DNA of 64,000 nucleotides from the human T2T-CHM13v2.0 reference genome, Homo sapiens: assembly GCF_009914755.1 (NCBI RefSeq), contig NC_060937.1. One strand, 5' to 3'. A program made the translations under genes and the position numbers. Below are positions 38,340 through 52,929 of this stretch, one piece after another. The notes under the pieces were generated by a model that saw nothing but the letters and a program-made list of their open reading frames with translations, made no database searches and was not told the DNA's origin. How positions within the stretch are numbered: the first letter of the stretch is position 1; every line of letters starts with the position of its first letter.

Positions 38340-38560
38340 TCAATGAACACCAACAACAGAAACCAGAAATTTTATGTGCATTATTTCTAACCTTCAGAAT
38401 AAAGATTAGGAATTATATTTCACATGCATAGATGAGGAAACTGAGGCTTTAGCAGGTTAAATAATGTGTTTACATTGATACTCTGGTAAGTGGTAGAAGC
38501 TGGATTTGACATCAGGCTGTTCTGTGCGAAATCTTCAACTTATTATTTTACATCACGCTA
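38340..38560 (-). mobile_element. MIR
   Basis: ATAGATGAGGAAACTGAGGCT...GGTAAGTGGTAGAAGCTGGATTTGA. Confidence 0.75.
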
Positions 38561-39329
38561 CTAAAATGTGTTAGAATATTATTCAGTGAAAATGTAATAG
38601 TCATGACCCCTTGTTGTATAGATTTGAATTTCATAATCTTCTAGTTTAATAAAAGCACTGCTCTTTGAGTTTTGTTCAGTAAGGAATACAAAATTATGTT
38701 ACTGCCACAGAAGGATGGGTGCACTTAACATATTGTTCATGTTTACCTTTCCTATAACCTCAAACCTGAAACATAAATTCTAGACTATGTCAACTTGTCT
38801 TTGGAGAAGATCATCATAAAAATGTATCAATTTGCAAAAAAAATGTATCACTTTGAATTTGTAAACAACTTAAAATATAACCTTTTGGTTTGCTACCATG
38901 GCTATTTCATTATGAGTATGATATTCACTTTTATAACAATAAACCCTAGCAGACCATATATTTCTTTCTGATTCCAATTCAGTCAGATTTACTTCATCCA
39001 GTTGGGTTGTACAGTTAAATTCATTGCAGTCTGCAGAGGTAGGAGAATCCTAAATTTTAAAGCTATGCAAACCAAAAGCTTTTTGTGGATAATTTAAGTT
39101 TTACATTCTGCTCAGAAAAGCAGAAAGATGTGTTTTGAAATATAATGCAAGTTTTTCATTACTAAGGACAGATCAAAGATCTCTGATTCTAAGAGGTGGC
39201 TATTTTAAGCTCCTGCTATCAATTTCCTATTCACACACAGCAACTGGTGGCAACTAAAAATAATCCGCTTTACTACCAGCTAAGAATCTGGTCATATGTG
39301 GCTGATGGACAGTGTGCACGAAGAAGATT

Positions 39330-39560
39330 TAGGATCCTTCTATCCGTGGCTTCTCTCCAGCCCACTCATCAGCTTAGTTTGCTGCCATTTGAAAGCTATT
39401 GAAAAGCCATTAACAGGCAGGACCGGGAGAGCCGCACTGCAGCACACCTCCGTGCAGCAGAATGTGGCTGCATGTGAACACCAATTAGAGCTGACTATTC
39501 CCGGGATTGTGGTACTCGGGGCTGTGTCAATCAAGGGTGCTACAATAGCACGTGCACCAG
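39330..39560 (+). promoter_or_regulatory. MYO16: Probable promoter of the coding first exon (1b) of MYO16
   Basis: Repeat-free with local GC/CpG enrichment, CCAAT at 39481, palindromic E-box GCACGTGC at 39548-39555, directly upstream of the coding exon. Confidence 0.55.
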
Positions 39561-39789
39561 TGGTGCCTCAAGACCCACCGGGGAGAGGCTTATCTTAACT
39601 CCAGCTGCCGAATGAGAATGAGTTTGAAGCTTTTTGCAGGATCATGGAACAGAGCCTCCATGCAATAGGGCATCCTGAGGTAAACTGTTACCTGAGTAAG
39701 GGCTTTAAGTAATGCATTTCCTGGGAACGACAGTTGTGACAGAAGAGAATGCTGGAACCCGTAGCAAGATTCCTGTCTGAGATGGAAAG
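39556..39789 (+). other. MYO16: 5' UTR of MYO16 exon 1b; start approximate
   Basis: In-frame TGA at 39778-39780 precedes the ATG at 39790. The TSS is an estimate and cannot be read from sequence. Confidence 0.55.
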
Positions 39790-39817
39790 ATGTCTCACTA
39801 TCATTTTATCAAGTGCT
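39790..39817 (+). CDS. MYO16: First coding segment of myosin XVI long isoform (MSHYHFIKC + 1 nt, phase-1 intron)
   Basis: ATG TCT CAC TAT CAT TTT ATC AAG TGC T|GTAAGT, with A at -3 and an upstream in-frame stop. Peptide matches the recalled MYO16 N-terminus. Confidence 0.88.
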
Positions 39818-41685
39818 GTAAGTAAGCTTGATATCTTGCTCATGTGGTTATTTGTCTTGTTGAAGTATTATTTTGTGCAGATGCCAAAATTAAGGCAGTT
39901 CTCCTGGTATACCACATTCAGATGAGTGACATAGACTGGTGACTTAGAAGAATATTTTACAGGCTGGATATATTTCCTTTTAATTTTAGATTGTGAAATA
40001 ATTCCAGTGTGATCCAAATGCTAATAGCACAGAGATCTTTAAAACTTCAGCTTTTTAAAAAAAATGATTCATAGACACAGCAACCAGAAAAAAAAAAAAA
40101 CACCAGAAACACATGGAAAGAAATTACAAAAGCATATTTTTGCTCATTGGCACATGTTAATAAAGTACATAAAAACTAAGTTTATTAATATATGGCTGAG
40201 GTCATTTAGCTAGTATTTTAGTCTCAAGTTTTACTGCTTAAGCCTCTATTCAATGCTTTTTGTAAGTGTGATCTTTAGGGTTATCCTTGACTGTAAACTT
40301 TTGTCCTTGTATCATTCACCTTGCGGTGCTTAGGGACTCCAGGGACTCTGTACCAAATGCTCTCCACTGATGTTCATATGGTGAAATTTAGTTTGTCACC
40401 AGGTTCTCTTTTGGGCTTATCAAGGGTTTCTTTAGCGTCTGAAATTTTGGCAGAATTTTCTGAGCTAGAGAATACTTCCATCTAAACCAATTCTGGATGG
40501 TAATAATGAAGAGGAAGACATATTTATCCAAAAATGGCTTGCTGGATATACATTTTTGTCCCCTGCAGCACTTCTGAAAACTTCTGTACATATATATCAT
40601 GATCTTAAAGTGACAGATGACATTTGCAGAAAATGGTTTTCTTTTAAGCTTAAGGTTTTGCTGCCAAAGGACATCACAATGTTAAATTGAAGCAGCATAT
40701 TAAGGGAACACATGTGTTGAATGAATCTTGAGCTTTGCACTAAAGGAGACTAAAAAAATAATGATGATTGAGAAGGTGAAAATATTTACCTTTCTCTTAT
40801 TTTTGGTAGAGAATGTATACAGGAATTAAAACTATGATTAATGGAAATAAAAATGCCTTACTCTTAAGCATTGCCAAGAATGTCATGCTTTCATGTTGCA
40901 GAACAATTTCAATTCCCAAAAGGATTCACTGGTCATCTCGTAAGTTTGCAGATTAGCTCTTTAACTAATAAGAATTAGAGGCATGCAGCGTATTTAAGAA
41001 TTTTGAGAATAGTCTTCTGCTTTAATCTGTTAACTCTTGGGGTTATTTTCTTGGAGAAATAGACACAGGGCAATACTCTGACTGGTTTTTGTATTGCCTC
41101 TCGTGTTTTACTGCACTAGCAGAATGTCATTATTTTCCTTGCTGTGCCTCTGCAGAGGAAAAACTCTGCATCTTTCCTACAAGGAACCTGGATGCTCATT
41201 AGACACATTGAACACACCTGGTGGAGGGCAGCCATGGAGCATGGGTGGAAGCACAAAGGGACAGTGACATGGACGTGAGAGATTCAGGGAGCAGTTGGTC
41301 ACCAAACACAATATGAGTCTGCCCTTTCCTGCCTTTTGTTCTGTTTTAGTTGAATTATTTGATTGTAGAATTTCGGAAAATTGTAGACATTTCAGAAAAT
41401 TGGTGATGTCAATTGGAGCCTGTGAGATATTTCTTTTAGCATGCTAGTATAAGAGATGAAATCTAAAATTAATGAATTTAAACATTCCTGATGCATTTCT
41501 GAAAGTAATTAGCAACTACTTACTAAAGATCTGACTGCTTTCTAAGCTTTGAGTGTGACAGTCTATAAAATGGAAAGGAAGCATGAATATTATGAAATGC
41601 TAACTTTACTGGAGAAATGGTGCGATGTGTTAAGGAGTTCAGAAATTATACTGCATTCTGTGCTGAACTAGTGAAGGGTGTTTTA

Positions 41686-42094
<409 letters not shown>

Positions 42095-43123
42095 TCATGG
42101 TTTAATGGTTGTTCCTGATGCGTAAGATTTTCCCAAATTGTTGTCTCCCATATTGGGCTGATCTGCTGGCGAGGTTCATCGGCCTTCGTCACACTCCATT
42201 CCTTCTTCGCCTGTCCTGCATTTCTACCACATATCTGTCTTTCATTCTGAGCCAGATTTATCACCATAGCACGTTCACTTTCAAGCCAGACAGCAATGCA
42301 GGAAGTGGATGAATTCCAGGGCAGGAGCAGGACCTTCTGAAATGTGCAACATTAGCATCCCATGTGCTCCTAGTGAATCACAGGAAGCCTTCAGGTGGGA
42401 TGCTGGGTGACCAATAGCTAATGCTCGCAAGGAACTGTTAGTCACCTGGGAAAATACTCATCATCTAAGGTGAAAAAATTATACGCTTCAAGGTCGAAAC
42501 TTAATCTAACAGTTGTTATCTCCAGTTTATGATAATATCTGTTACTTTGTAAAACATTTTTACTTTATTTTAGAGAAGGGTTAAAAACTAGAGTGTAAAA
42601 ATTTACTGTGGAAGCAGGATATAGCAGGAAAGTGTAGGAACACCACAGCAAAAAGTGTGGCCATTTCATGTATCTTGGTAGCTGAGAAGTAGCTTTAGAC
42701 AGATCTGCAGTGAGAGCCAGTCTCAGAGCCCCATGCCTGTTGAGAGGTAACACATGAACATGACCAGGCCCCAGCTGAGGCGCAAGCAGAAATGAGAAAT
42801 GGAACTCAAGGGAGTCATGGGCTCACAGAACTTTAAGGCCATGTGAGACTTGAAACTACTTTTGTTTTAATGAACTGAAGCGGAGGCTTGAGGTCTACCT
42901 GTGGAGTTCCCTTCACGTGCCTCTGGGGGTGAAGCATTGCAATAACTACACCTGACCTATTTCTCTCCTGGTTCAGCTCTTCTCTAAGCATACGGGTTTG
43001 GGGCAGCATTGTTTGCAGCAGGAGGAAGGTTAAAGTTATTTAAAATGAATATTCTCCAGAGCTGAGAATTCATTTACAACACCTAAGAACGAATTGTATC
43101 AGAAAATCTGTTACTTTATATGT

Positions 43124-43641
43124 TGTATTAGTCAGGGCTTTCTTGAGGGGCAGAACTAATAAGATAGATGTATATATAAAGGGGAGTTTATTAAGGAGAA
43201 TTAACTCACACAATCACAAGGTGAGGTCCCACAATAGGCCATCTGCAAGCTAAGGAGCAAGGAAGCCAGTCAGAGTCCCAAAATATCAAAAGTAGGAAAG
43301 CTGACAGTGCAGCCTTTAGTCTGTGGTCAAAGGTCCAAGAGTCCAAAAGCGGAAGAACTTGGAGTCTGATGTTCAAGGGCAGGAAGCATCCAGCATGAGA
43401 GAAAGATGTAGGCTGGAAGACTCAGCCAGCCTGGTTCTTCCATGTTCCTCTGCCTGCTTTTATCCTAGCTGCACTGGCAGCTGATCAGATGGTGTCCATC
43501 CAGATCGAGGGTGGGTCTGCCTCTCCCAGTCCACTGACTTGAATGTTAATCTCCTTTGACATCACCCTTGCAGACACACCCAGGAACAATACTTTGCATC
43601 CTTCAATCCAACCAAGTTGACACTGAGTATTAATGATCACA
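43124..43641 (-). mobile_element. MLT2A (MLT2A2-like) HERV-L solo LTR
   Basis: TGTATTAGTCAGGG...AAGAACTTGGAGTCTGATGTTCAAGGGCAGGAAGCATCCAGCA...CAAGTTGACACTGAGTATTAATGATCACA. Confidence 0.88.
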
Positions 43642-44229
43642 CATATTAAACATGTTTTATGATACCAAGGTTAAAACCCATTTTTTTCCTCAAGCCACTC
43701 ATGCTGATGAACACCACCTCCAGTAAAATGCTTTCCTCACTTTTCTAGCTATCGCACACACTGTTCGCTCATTCAAGAACTTTCACTGCAGTGTTTCTGC
43801 AATGCACTAACACACCCAGAAGCTGCTCCCTCCATGTCCTCACTCTCCCATATCCTGCTCTCCGCCTGGTCCAGCGCCCATAGTCCATTGCTGAAGCCAC
43901 TTCACTCCTTGCCCTCACCTCCCTCTGTTCCACTCGAGTGACGAATACCTACCCAAGGTGGAACCCCCCTTTCCAGCATGTCTGTCCTTGCCCCAGAGGA
44001 GCTGGATGACCCTTGAAGGAGGACATCAGAGCAAAAGCAGACTGATTTCATTTAACATCATGATCAAACATCTCACCCAGGCAGGCAGCACTCTCCTGTA
44101 CCCTCGTCTTGTTTCTACGGTAGGCACGACTGCTCATGCCTAGAGACCCCTTCTTCTAACTCCAATCTCCCAGGCTGAGGAGTTACAAACCTACCCTCCC
44201 ACCATTAAATCTGCAGAGTGTCTGCGCAT

Positions 44230-44870
44230 GTATTCCTCTTTGCCCACTTCTCACCTGCAGTCCTGAATTTCCTCCTGTGTGTCCAAGGCCAGTGCGCTTG
44301 CAATTCTGTCTCCTTCTGCCTCCTGCAAGCTTGCATTTCCCTTCAGCTCTCCCCTTTCTCTCCTGCATCAGCTTCCAACAGAGTGAATATGTGGCCAATC
44401 CATCCATCTTCCAATTAAGCAAAAGTCCCCCCTTGTTCTCTCTTCCCTCGGGCCACCACCCCATTTCCTTGTTTGCAGGTCATACCTTGAAACGATTGCC
44501 CATGCCCGTGGCCTTCGACCCTCACCTCCTTGTCTCCTCTTCCATGACTGCATCCCGCTGCTTTCCTTTACCACTCAGTGGAATCCACTTTACTTAAACC
44601 ACCTTTATGTGGCAAAATCCAATGGACACTAGACCTGCCTCATGTTCCTTAATTTCTGATGTGATTACCACGTCTTCTTCTGCAGCTCTTGGGGGTTTTC
44701 TCCTAATTCACTAGCAGCTTTTCCTCCACCCCAGTTGCTGGCTTTCTCTTCTTCTTCGGGCGTGGCCCTAACTTTCTTTTGACAACCTCATCCATTCTCA
44801 TGGCTTTAAGCATCATCTATATTTTCCCACATATGAACCTTTAGCCCAGATGTCCCCTTAGGCAGCCCTC
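44230..44870 (+). mobile_element. L2 internal fragment
   Basis: GGCAAAATCCAATGGACAC and CTCATCCATTCTCATGGCTTTAAGCATCATCTATAT motifs. Confidence 0.6.
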
Positions 44871-45448
44871 CCTTCTGTCTCTTAACAACATGGACATCTT
44901 TTCTGGCAAATTATATATCTAGGCATTGTTTCTTGATAGCTAAGTAGTGTAATAGTCTATAGCATTTATTAAACCATCTATTTATTAAACTCTTCTTTTT
45001 TGACAGGCATTAAGACATTCTGTTTAAGTATTTTGGCTTATAGGAATATTGATTCACAAGAGCAGTAACATTGAATCAAATGGTATGTGTAGTTTAAGGT
45101 TTTGTAGAAACTGCTAGATTTCTTTCAGTGAGGAGTAGCACTTCAGATTACCACAACCAGCAATCAAAGGACTCGCATCACTGCACCTCAGCCAACCCGG
45201 AAACGTGCCTTCCTCCCAAAAGGATGTCAACTCCATCGTCGAAATATGGTTTCCTGTGGGGCTCTCCATTTTATATAATAAATAGTTAAGGGTGTTCCAC
45301 CACTTTTAACTAGTCAAATTTCTTCATATGTGTTTTCATTATTTACACTGGGTTTTTAATCCTTTTACTTATCAATTTCATGTAAACCTTTATGTAAGGA
45401 AATATTAATGTTTCTCTTGATATGAATGTGGTGTAGATGGTTTACCTA

Positions 45449-45804
<356 letters not shown>

Positions 45805-46257
45805 TAATTGTGTAGAAAAATATGTCTCTGTTCTATGGATTTTTGGTTTCATTTATTGCTTTGGGTAGCCTATTTATTCTAAAGCTAAATTAGTTTTCTA
45901 CATCTTAATCTAAACTTTCATTTTTGTATTTGAAATTTTAATTCATGTGGAATTAAGGTGTGTGTGTGTGATTTAAGGTAAGAGTTACTTCTTTCCCTGT
46001 TTCATTTCTGCATGCACAATACCTACTGAATTGAAATTTGCTTTTGTCGCATTCTAAATTTCTAAATATATTTGCATCCATTTCTGGTTTATGTTTTTGT
46101 TACATTGATCCATTGATTTAGTTTAAGGTTACACTGTATTCATTATCTTAGCTTTTGATAACTTTTGAGATATGATAAGGTAAATCTCTCCTGATTAGTG
46201 TTCATGACAGTCTTAGATATTCTCAAATATTTACTTTTCTCTTCAATATTAAAATAA

Positions 46258-46620
<363 letters not shown>

Positions 46621-47522
46621 CCAAGTTGTTTTTATTTTTGTTTTGTTTTGTTTTTACAAATGCACCCAGCGTTTCAAATTTAAAAATGTATTATAATAAG
46701 ATCTAGAGCTTTATAGTACCTATATTCTACTAAATAAATTAGTTTCAATACATAGTGTGATGACTTCAAACTGAGACTAATCTTTATGACACTGTATCTC
46801 TAATTATAGGAATCTTATATTACTTTTACCCACACTATTTTATAATAGTGTTCAAATAAATGATGTCCTCATACTAGTGTGAAGTCTAGGATGTGTAAAC
46901 ATAATGCAATTAAGAGAAAGATAGAAATCATCAAATATGCTGCTAAGGGAAATCTTTAACCTCAGATATCCATATCTGTGTCCATATCCAGATCTGTTCT
47001 ATGCCTCCCTCTCTATATATGTATGCATATATACACACATATGATATATAAAATCGTAAACTTATAGTATATGTCTCTTGTTCAGCCTTTATACATTTGA
47101 CTTTTATACAGACTTCCAAGAACATCATGGGCTGCTGGTGTACTGATGACCTAATGATATATCTTTGTGTTTTGCTCCGTGTTGACGTTGCATTATTTAA
47201 GGCTTGCCATTATATCTGGAGGGTTTCACACTAACATCCTTACTTGGCATCTGTTGTTCTACTTGGGTACCCTTCCTTTTAGGTTGTTTGGTGGATGGGA
47301 AAGGATTCCTTATGCTTTCAATGGTTGGCCCAGACTCAGTATCACATTAAAGATATAAACATGCCACAGTAACTTAACTGATAGACCTGGATAGATTAAG
47401 TCAATTTTAGTTTCCTTTTATTTTATTCATTTATTCAGTATTTAATTCATGTATTTATTATTCATGACTTCAAGAAATATTATTTAACTCCTGGTCCTTT
47501 TCAAGGAGTAATCTAAGGGCTA

Positions 47523-47840
<318 letters not shown>

Positions 47841-48599
47841 AAAGATACAAAGACGAACAAGCAAGCTAACATTCCTACTCTCTTGAAATCACCATACCAG
47901 TGTGTGAGACAGAGTAAGTAAGTAAAGAGATGTTATAAGAACTTTTGATGGCATCAACTAATGTGAGAAAAATAAAGGTGTTTAACGAACTACTGAGTGA
48001 CCTGGAAGCAGAGTGGACTTGAGGGGTAATTTTAAATAGGTTGTTAAGGGAAAATCACTCTCAAGAAGTGGTCTCTAAGTTACTGAAAGGAGTGAGTGAG
48101 TCAGCAACGTGAAGACCTGTGGGAACAGTGTGCCACACAGAGGGAACAGCAAGTTCGAAGACCCTGAGGCAGGAATGAGCATGTTCCACATTGTTAAGCC
48201 AGAGAATCTAGGCTGTCAAAAGTTAGGTTTTTTGTTTCACTTTTTGTTAATTCCTCCCAAACTAATAGGTCAATACTACTTTTTATTTCGGAGTTACTTA
48301 CTCAAGCTAATAGCCCTGGGCTCCACTTACCTTTACTTCCAAACTTTTTAAAAAATTCATTGCTTCATGCTCCTCAAATACCTTTCCACTCAAATATAGC
48401 ATTTCATCTCCCACACTGTTACTGTACTGAAACATCAAACTCTCTTTTTGGTTCCAGTTTATCTCAAATTATTTGCACATTTTCACTCAGTGACCACCTC
48501 TAACTTCTTAACCTCTCGCTGCTTGCTTTTCTGAAAATAATTGTCCTTGTAACACTGACTTGTTTCTGCCCCTCTCACTTTTCCCACCTATGCCCATAT

Positions 48600-50130
48600 T
48601 TTAAGTTTTTTAATCATTCACTCACGCCAGACATTCTGCTATGCACTCAGTTTATATGTATAAATAGAATTTTTTTCTACAAGAAATTCACAATCGAGGA
48701 AAAATTGAAAATGAATAACGAATTTTCAATTTCCATCTGTAAGTCAGTATTATGAGACAAGACAGGGAAAGGCACCCAGTTGTTCCATGAGGAAGGTGTG
48801 TGCGGAGCTGGGGCAAGCTCATCAGAGTAGGCAGAAGGCATTTCAGGATGAGGAGGCATTTACTGAAGATCAATGGATGAGGAGCCCAGGGAGGGAAGAA
48901 GGCCTGCACAAAGCACCATGTTGTGACTGCGTAGTGCGTTCAAAGCAAAGAGATGGAGAAAGAAGAACAATGTGCAGTAGTTGGACAAGTCTGATGTGTT
49001 TCTGTGTTACTCATTATGCAAGGGAGGGAGTTCCTTGAATGATTTTCAAGAGCGAGTGATGTGATCAGCTTTGCATTTTAGATCTGTCATTCTGATGGTA
49101 CTGTAGAGTGTGGATTAAAGGAGAGACTGAAAATGGGAGAAGCCTTGAAATAGCCCAGGTGACAGCTTAAATCAGGAGGGTGGGGACAGGGAAGGGGAGG
49201 CGTGGTCTGACTAGAGAGGTATTTATAAGGTGGAATTAACAGAATTTATTGTCTGATTAGTGAAAAATTCTGTGTTGCTTTGCTCTTTTAAAAACATGCA
49301 TATCCTACGTAGGGTAATTATTTCATCTCCAACATCTCTGTGGCTGGGTTCCAGGAAAATCTACCAGGCTGTGCCCTTCATTGGGATCTCCTGATTTGCG
49401 CTATTCAAACCCAAGCAGACCCTGTATCTTATCAGCACTTCAAACCTGCACTGTCCAGACTGAATCTATGCTCTTCCTTCCTAAACCTGAATGTCTCAAC
49501 CCTGAATGACATAGGAGCCATAGGTCAGGTTTAGAATTTTCTAAGGACTTTTTCTGAAAGCAACTGGAATCCACTAAGATGGAATTCTTAGGAATTCCTA
49601 AAAGTGGAAAGTAAAGATTTGTGTTAGAAAGATTGACTATAGAGAACAAATGGGAGGGAGCAGTGGCACAGTCTGGGAGGCCAGGTAGGTGGCTCTTAGG
49701 ATGACCCACATGGGTGAAGAGTTTGTGTTGGTGATTGACCTGAGCATGGAGAAAACTGGATGAATTTGAAAAAGACTTCAGTACCAGGACCTTAAGGCCT
49801 TGGGACGACTTCGGCATTGTGGAGTATACGATAAATGGAATATTCAAGGCACTTAGGTTTGTGTGTGAACAGCTATGTGTATGGTGTTACTAAGTTTCAG
49901 ATGGGAAGAGCAGGCTTGGGCATGCCAAGTCCCACGGTATGCAAGAAGAGCTGTCCAGTATGTAGCCATAGACACACAGCTGCAGCTCAGGTGAGAGATG
50001 CCTATTTGAAATAGGCATGGGAGTTGTTAGCATACTGGTTTCATTTAAGCCACAGGAGGAAAGGAAATAGGTGACAAGGAAACAGATGGCTCAGGTCAGA
50101 AATTTTAGAAGGGCAGATAAAGGATGAGTG
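48600..50130 (-). mobile_element. Fragmented L2 remnants
   Basis: GAGTGATGTGATCAGCTTTGCATTTTAGA and GCAGCTCAGGTGAGAGATG motifs; discontinuous. Confidence 0.55.
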
Positions 50131-52386
50131 GTTTGCAAAGGAGTTAAGATGTCTTCAATCAACAGCTCGGGTAACACTGTTTCAAGAGGCAGTGTCTGCT
50201 AAGCAGGCTGGCATGAAGTGAGAAGATCACAGTGCAGGCAGGACCAGCATCCTCTGGAGTAATCGATGAGGAGGCCATTAGTGATGTAGACGTAGAGCAG
50301 GGCCAGGGGAGAGGAGGGAGGAGTTCTTGCAATGACTTGAGCTGCAATTGGAAGGGAATGAAGAGTACAGAACACATATGAGCTTTGGCTACTAAAAGGA
50401 AAAATACACACAGGGCAGTTGGTGGAGGAGGTTGTGCCACTCCAAAATGCTTCATTTTTTTGGAGAGGAAACACATGAGCAGTGTTAAATTTACTGCAGC
50501 AAAAGTAGGTCACATGTGCTGATATGTGCATCTTCTTCCTCATCTTTGGAAAGTGAAACCCATCTATCCTTTCACATTCACCCTCTGCCGGTGGTCCAAA
50601 GCCCTCAACAATTTGTCCTGTATTTACAGAGTGAACCAAAAATCATCAAAGGCCATGTGTTGGGCCTGGGTTTTGTTTTTAAAACTTTTGGCATCCTACA
50701 ATGGTTTGAGAAACTGGGATAACGGTAACGACAACCATAAGAGCAACAAGACAGGTTTGGTTGAGGTTTGACATAAAGGAAACTTTGTTTTTCACTAATT
50801 TTCATAAATTAATGCTAGAATAGAACACACAACATCATGGTTTAAGAGTGACTGTTCTGTCAAAATGAGCCTTCTTGGCAGTACTATGAAAACCTGTTCC
50901 AAACCACAGTTCAGTGATGCTTTGCTTTCTAAGGAGAAAGCTTCATACTGTGGAGTCCATTGAAATAATTCTTAAACTGGAGTTTCAAATTGACTTGTGC
51001 ATTCAGAAAATGCTCAAGAGGTCACTGTTGAAATTTCAGTCAATATGTCATCTCCACATATATTTGTGGTTGCAAAAGCTTATTGGACGCTTCTCGATAC
51101 TTTAAAACAAGATAAGAATGCAAACGGAAATTTGAGACAACCTTGTGTGAATCAATGCTGCATTCTAACTACTCTACCATTTTGGTTAGTTCAGCTTAAC
51201 ACAGTCTTTTGCTAATAGAAAGGGGTTGAGAGAAGGATAACTAAAGGCAAATAGCTTCAGGGTCTTCTGAATAAGGAAAGATGAAAGAGACTTGAGTTAT
51301 TGATTATCTAGAAATGAGAAGTGACAGGAAAGGCAGGCACAAATTAACGAATGCTTTTGTGGAAATCAATTGGCCATTCTCCTTCATTCAAGTTGTTAGT
51401 AGAAAAAGAGGAAGAGAGTCGTTGAAGTGGGCCAGCAACAAATATAAGATTAAGGAAAGACATTCCTCCTGCTGCCTCCTATTTTAACTATATTAAAGTC
51501 ATTGCTGCAAAGTATTATTGGGGGAAAAATGCCATTCAAAGGTTAAATTATTTCCTACATGTCTAGTTCATTATTCTCTACTCTGAACAACTTTACTTAT
51601 TAGGTTTATCTTTGGAGAACCGAGTTGAGATTGAACCCCTTCCACACAGCACTCATGAGCTGAATTTATGCAGGGCAACATTTTGCTTCACCTTTTCCAT
51701 TCTTAGGGAATCCTAAACAAGTCTTAATTTCCCTTTCATCTCACAGTGATACCTAAAGCACATCACCTGTGATGTACCCACAAAATCAGTTCAAGTGAAA
51801 TTCAGTAAATCATGGCCTGGCATACTTGGCCAGTGTGAGCTGTGATAACAAACACAGTCATGTAGGTTGGACAGGGAGGCAGCACATCCCTCCATGATCA
51901 TTAGGGGAGACTCCACTGCTACTTATGGGACCACAGGGTCAATCCTAGGGTCTCTTAGCTACTTTGCAATTTTTATCATCACTTAACTCTTCTAGGGCTT
52001 GGTACTTAATTTCCTCATTTGAAAAATGAGGCCAATGATACCATCCCAATTCATTTCCTAGGTAGCTGTGAAAGTCAATCAATTTATTAATAACTTCTCC
52101 TTACCGTTATTCTTTCCTTTATCCATTTTGCAGTCACCCAACTATACAATCAGCTCTTACTGAGCCACTGCAGGAGACAGTGCAGGTACAGGCACTGCCC
52201 GTGGCATGAGACTGTGGACGTGAAAGGACGTATTTTTTGACTGAACCCCAGTCTGCAGTCTAGTAACAACATGTGAAAGCTCTTGGAAATGTGTGATGCA
52301 CCATGCAGATTGAGAGACTAGGGCAGGAATGGAGTTACTATGCTCTTCCCCACTTTAATCAGACACGTTGGTAACTTTGGGTGTTT

Positions 52387-52660
52387 TTGTTTGTTTGTTT
52401 TTGGAGATGAAGTCTCGCTCTGTCACCCAGACTGGAGTGGAGTGGCGTGACCTTGGTTCAAGCGATTGTCATGCCTCAGCCTCCCGAGTAGCTGAGACTA
52501 CAGGCATGCACCACCACGCCCAGCTAATTTTTGTATTTTTAGTAGAGACAGGGTTTCACCATGTTGGCCAGGCTGGTCTCAAACTCCTGACCTCAGGTGA
52601 TCTGCTCGCCTAGGCCTCCCAAAGTGCTGGGATTACAGGTGTGAGCCACCGTGCCCGGCC
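52387..52660 (-). mobile_element. AluSx-like with a ~25-bp internal deletion
   Basis: TSD TTTGGGTGTTT at 52376-52386 and 52661-52671; TTGT-type tail. Confidence 0.93.
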
Positions 52661-52929
52661 TTTGGGTGTTTCTTTTATCTGACCCCTCTGATTTATAGTA
52701 AGTGACAGAGGCTGGCATCTGTTCACAAGACTTCTTTTCTATCATTTAAAAAATAATTAGTTTTATTTACTAATCCTACCCCCCCAAATTTTGTCTTATT
52801 AAAAATGTTCATTATGACAGCACATAACTGAATCCCCTCAGTATTTTGTAGATTTATTTCAACACTTTGCCTCTTAACTTTCTGAAAGTCTGGTTCTAGA
52901 TGTAACTCTTCCATTATTGTTTTGGTCTA

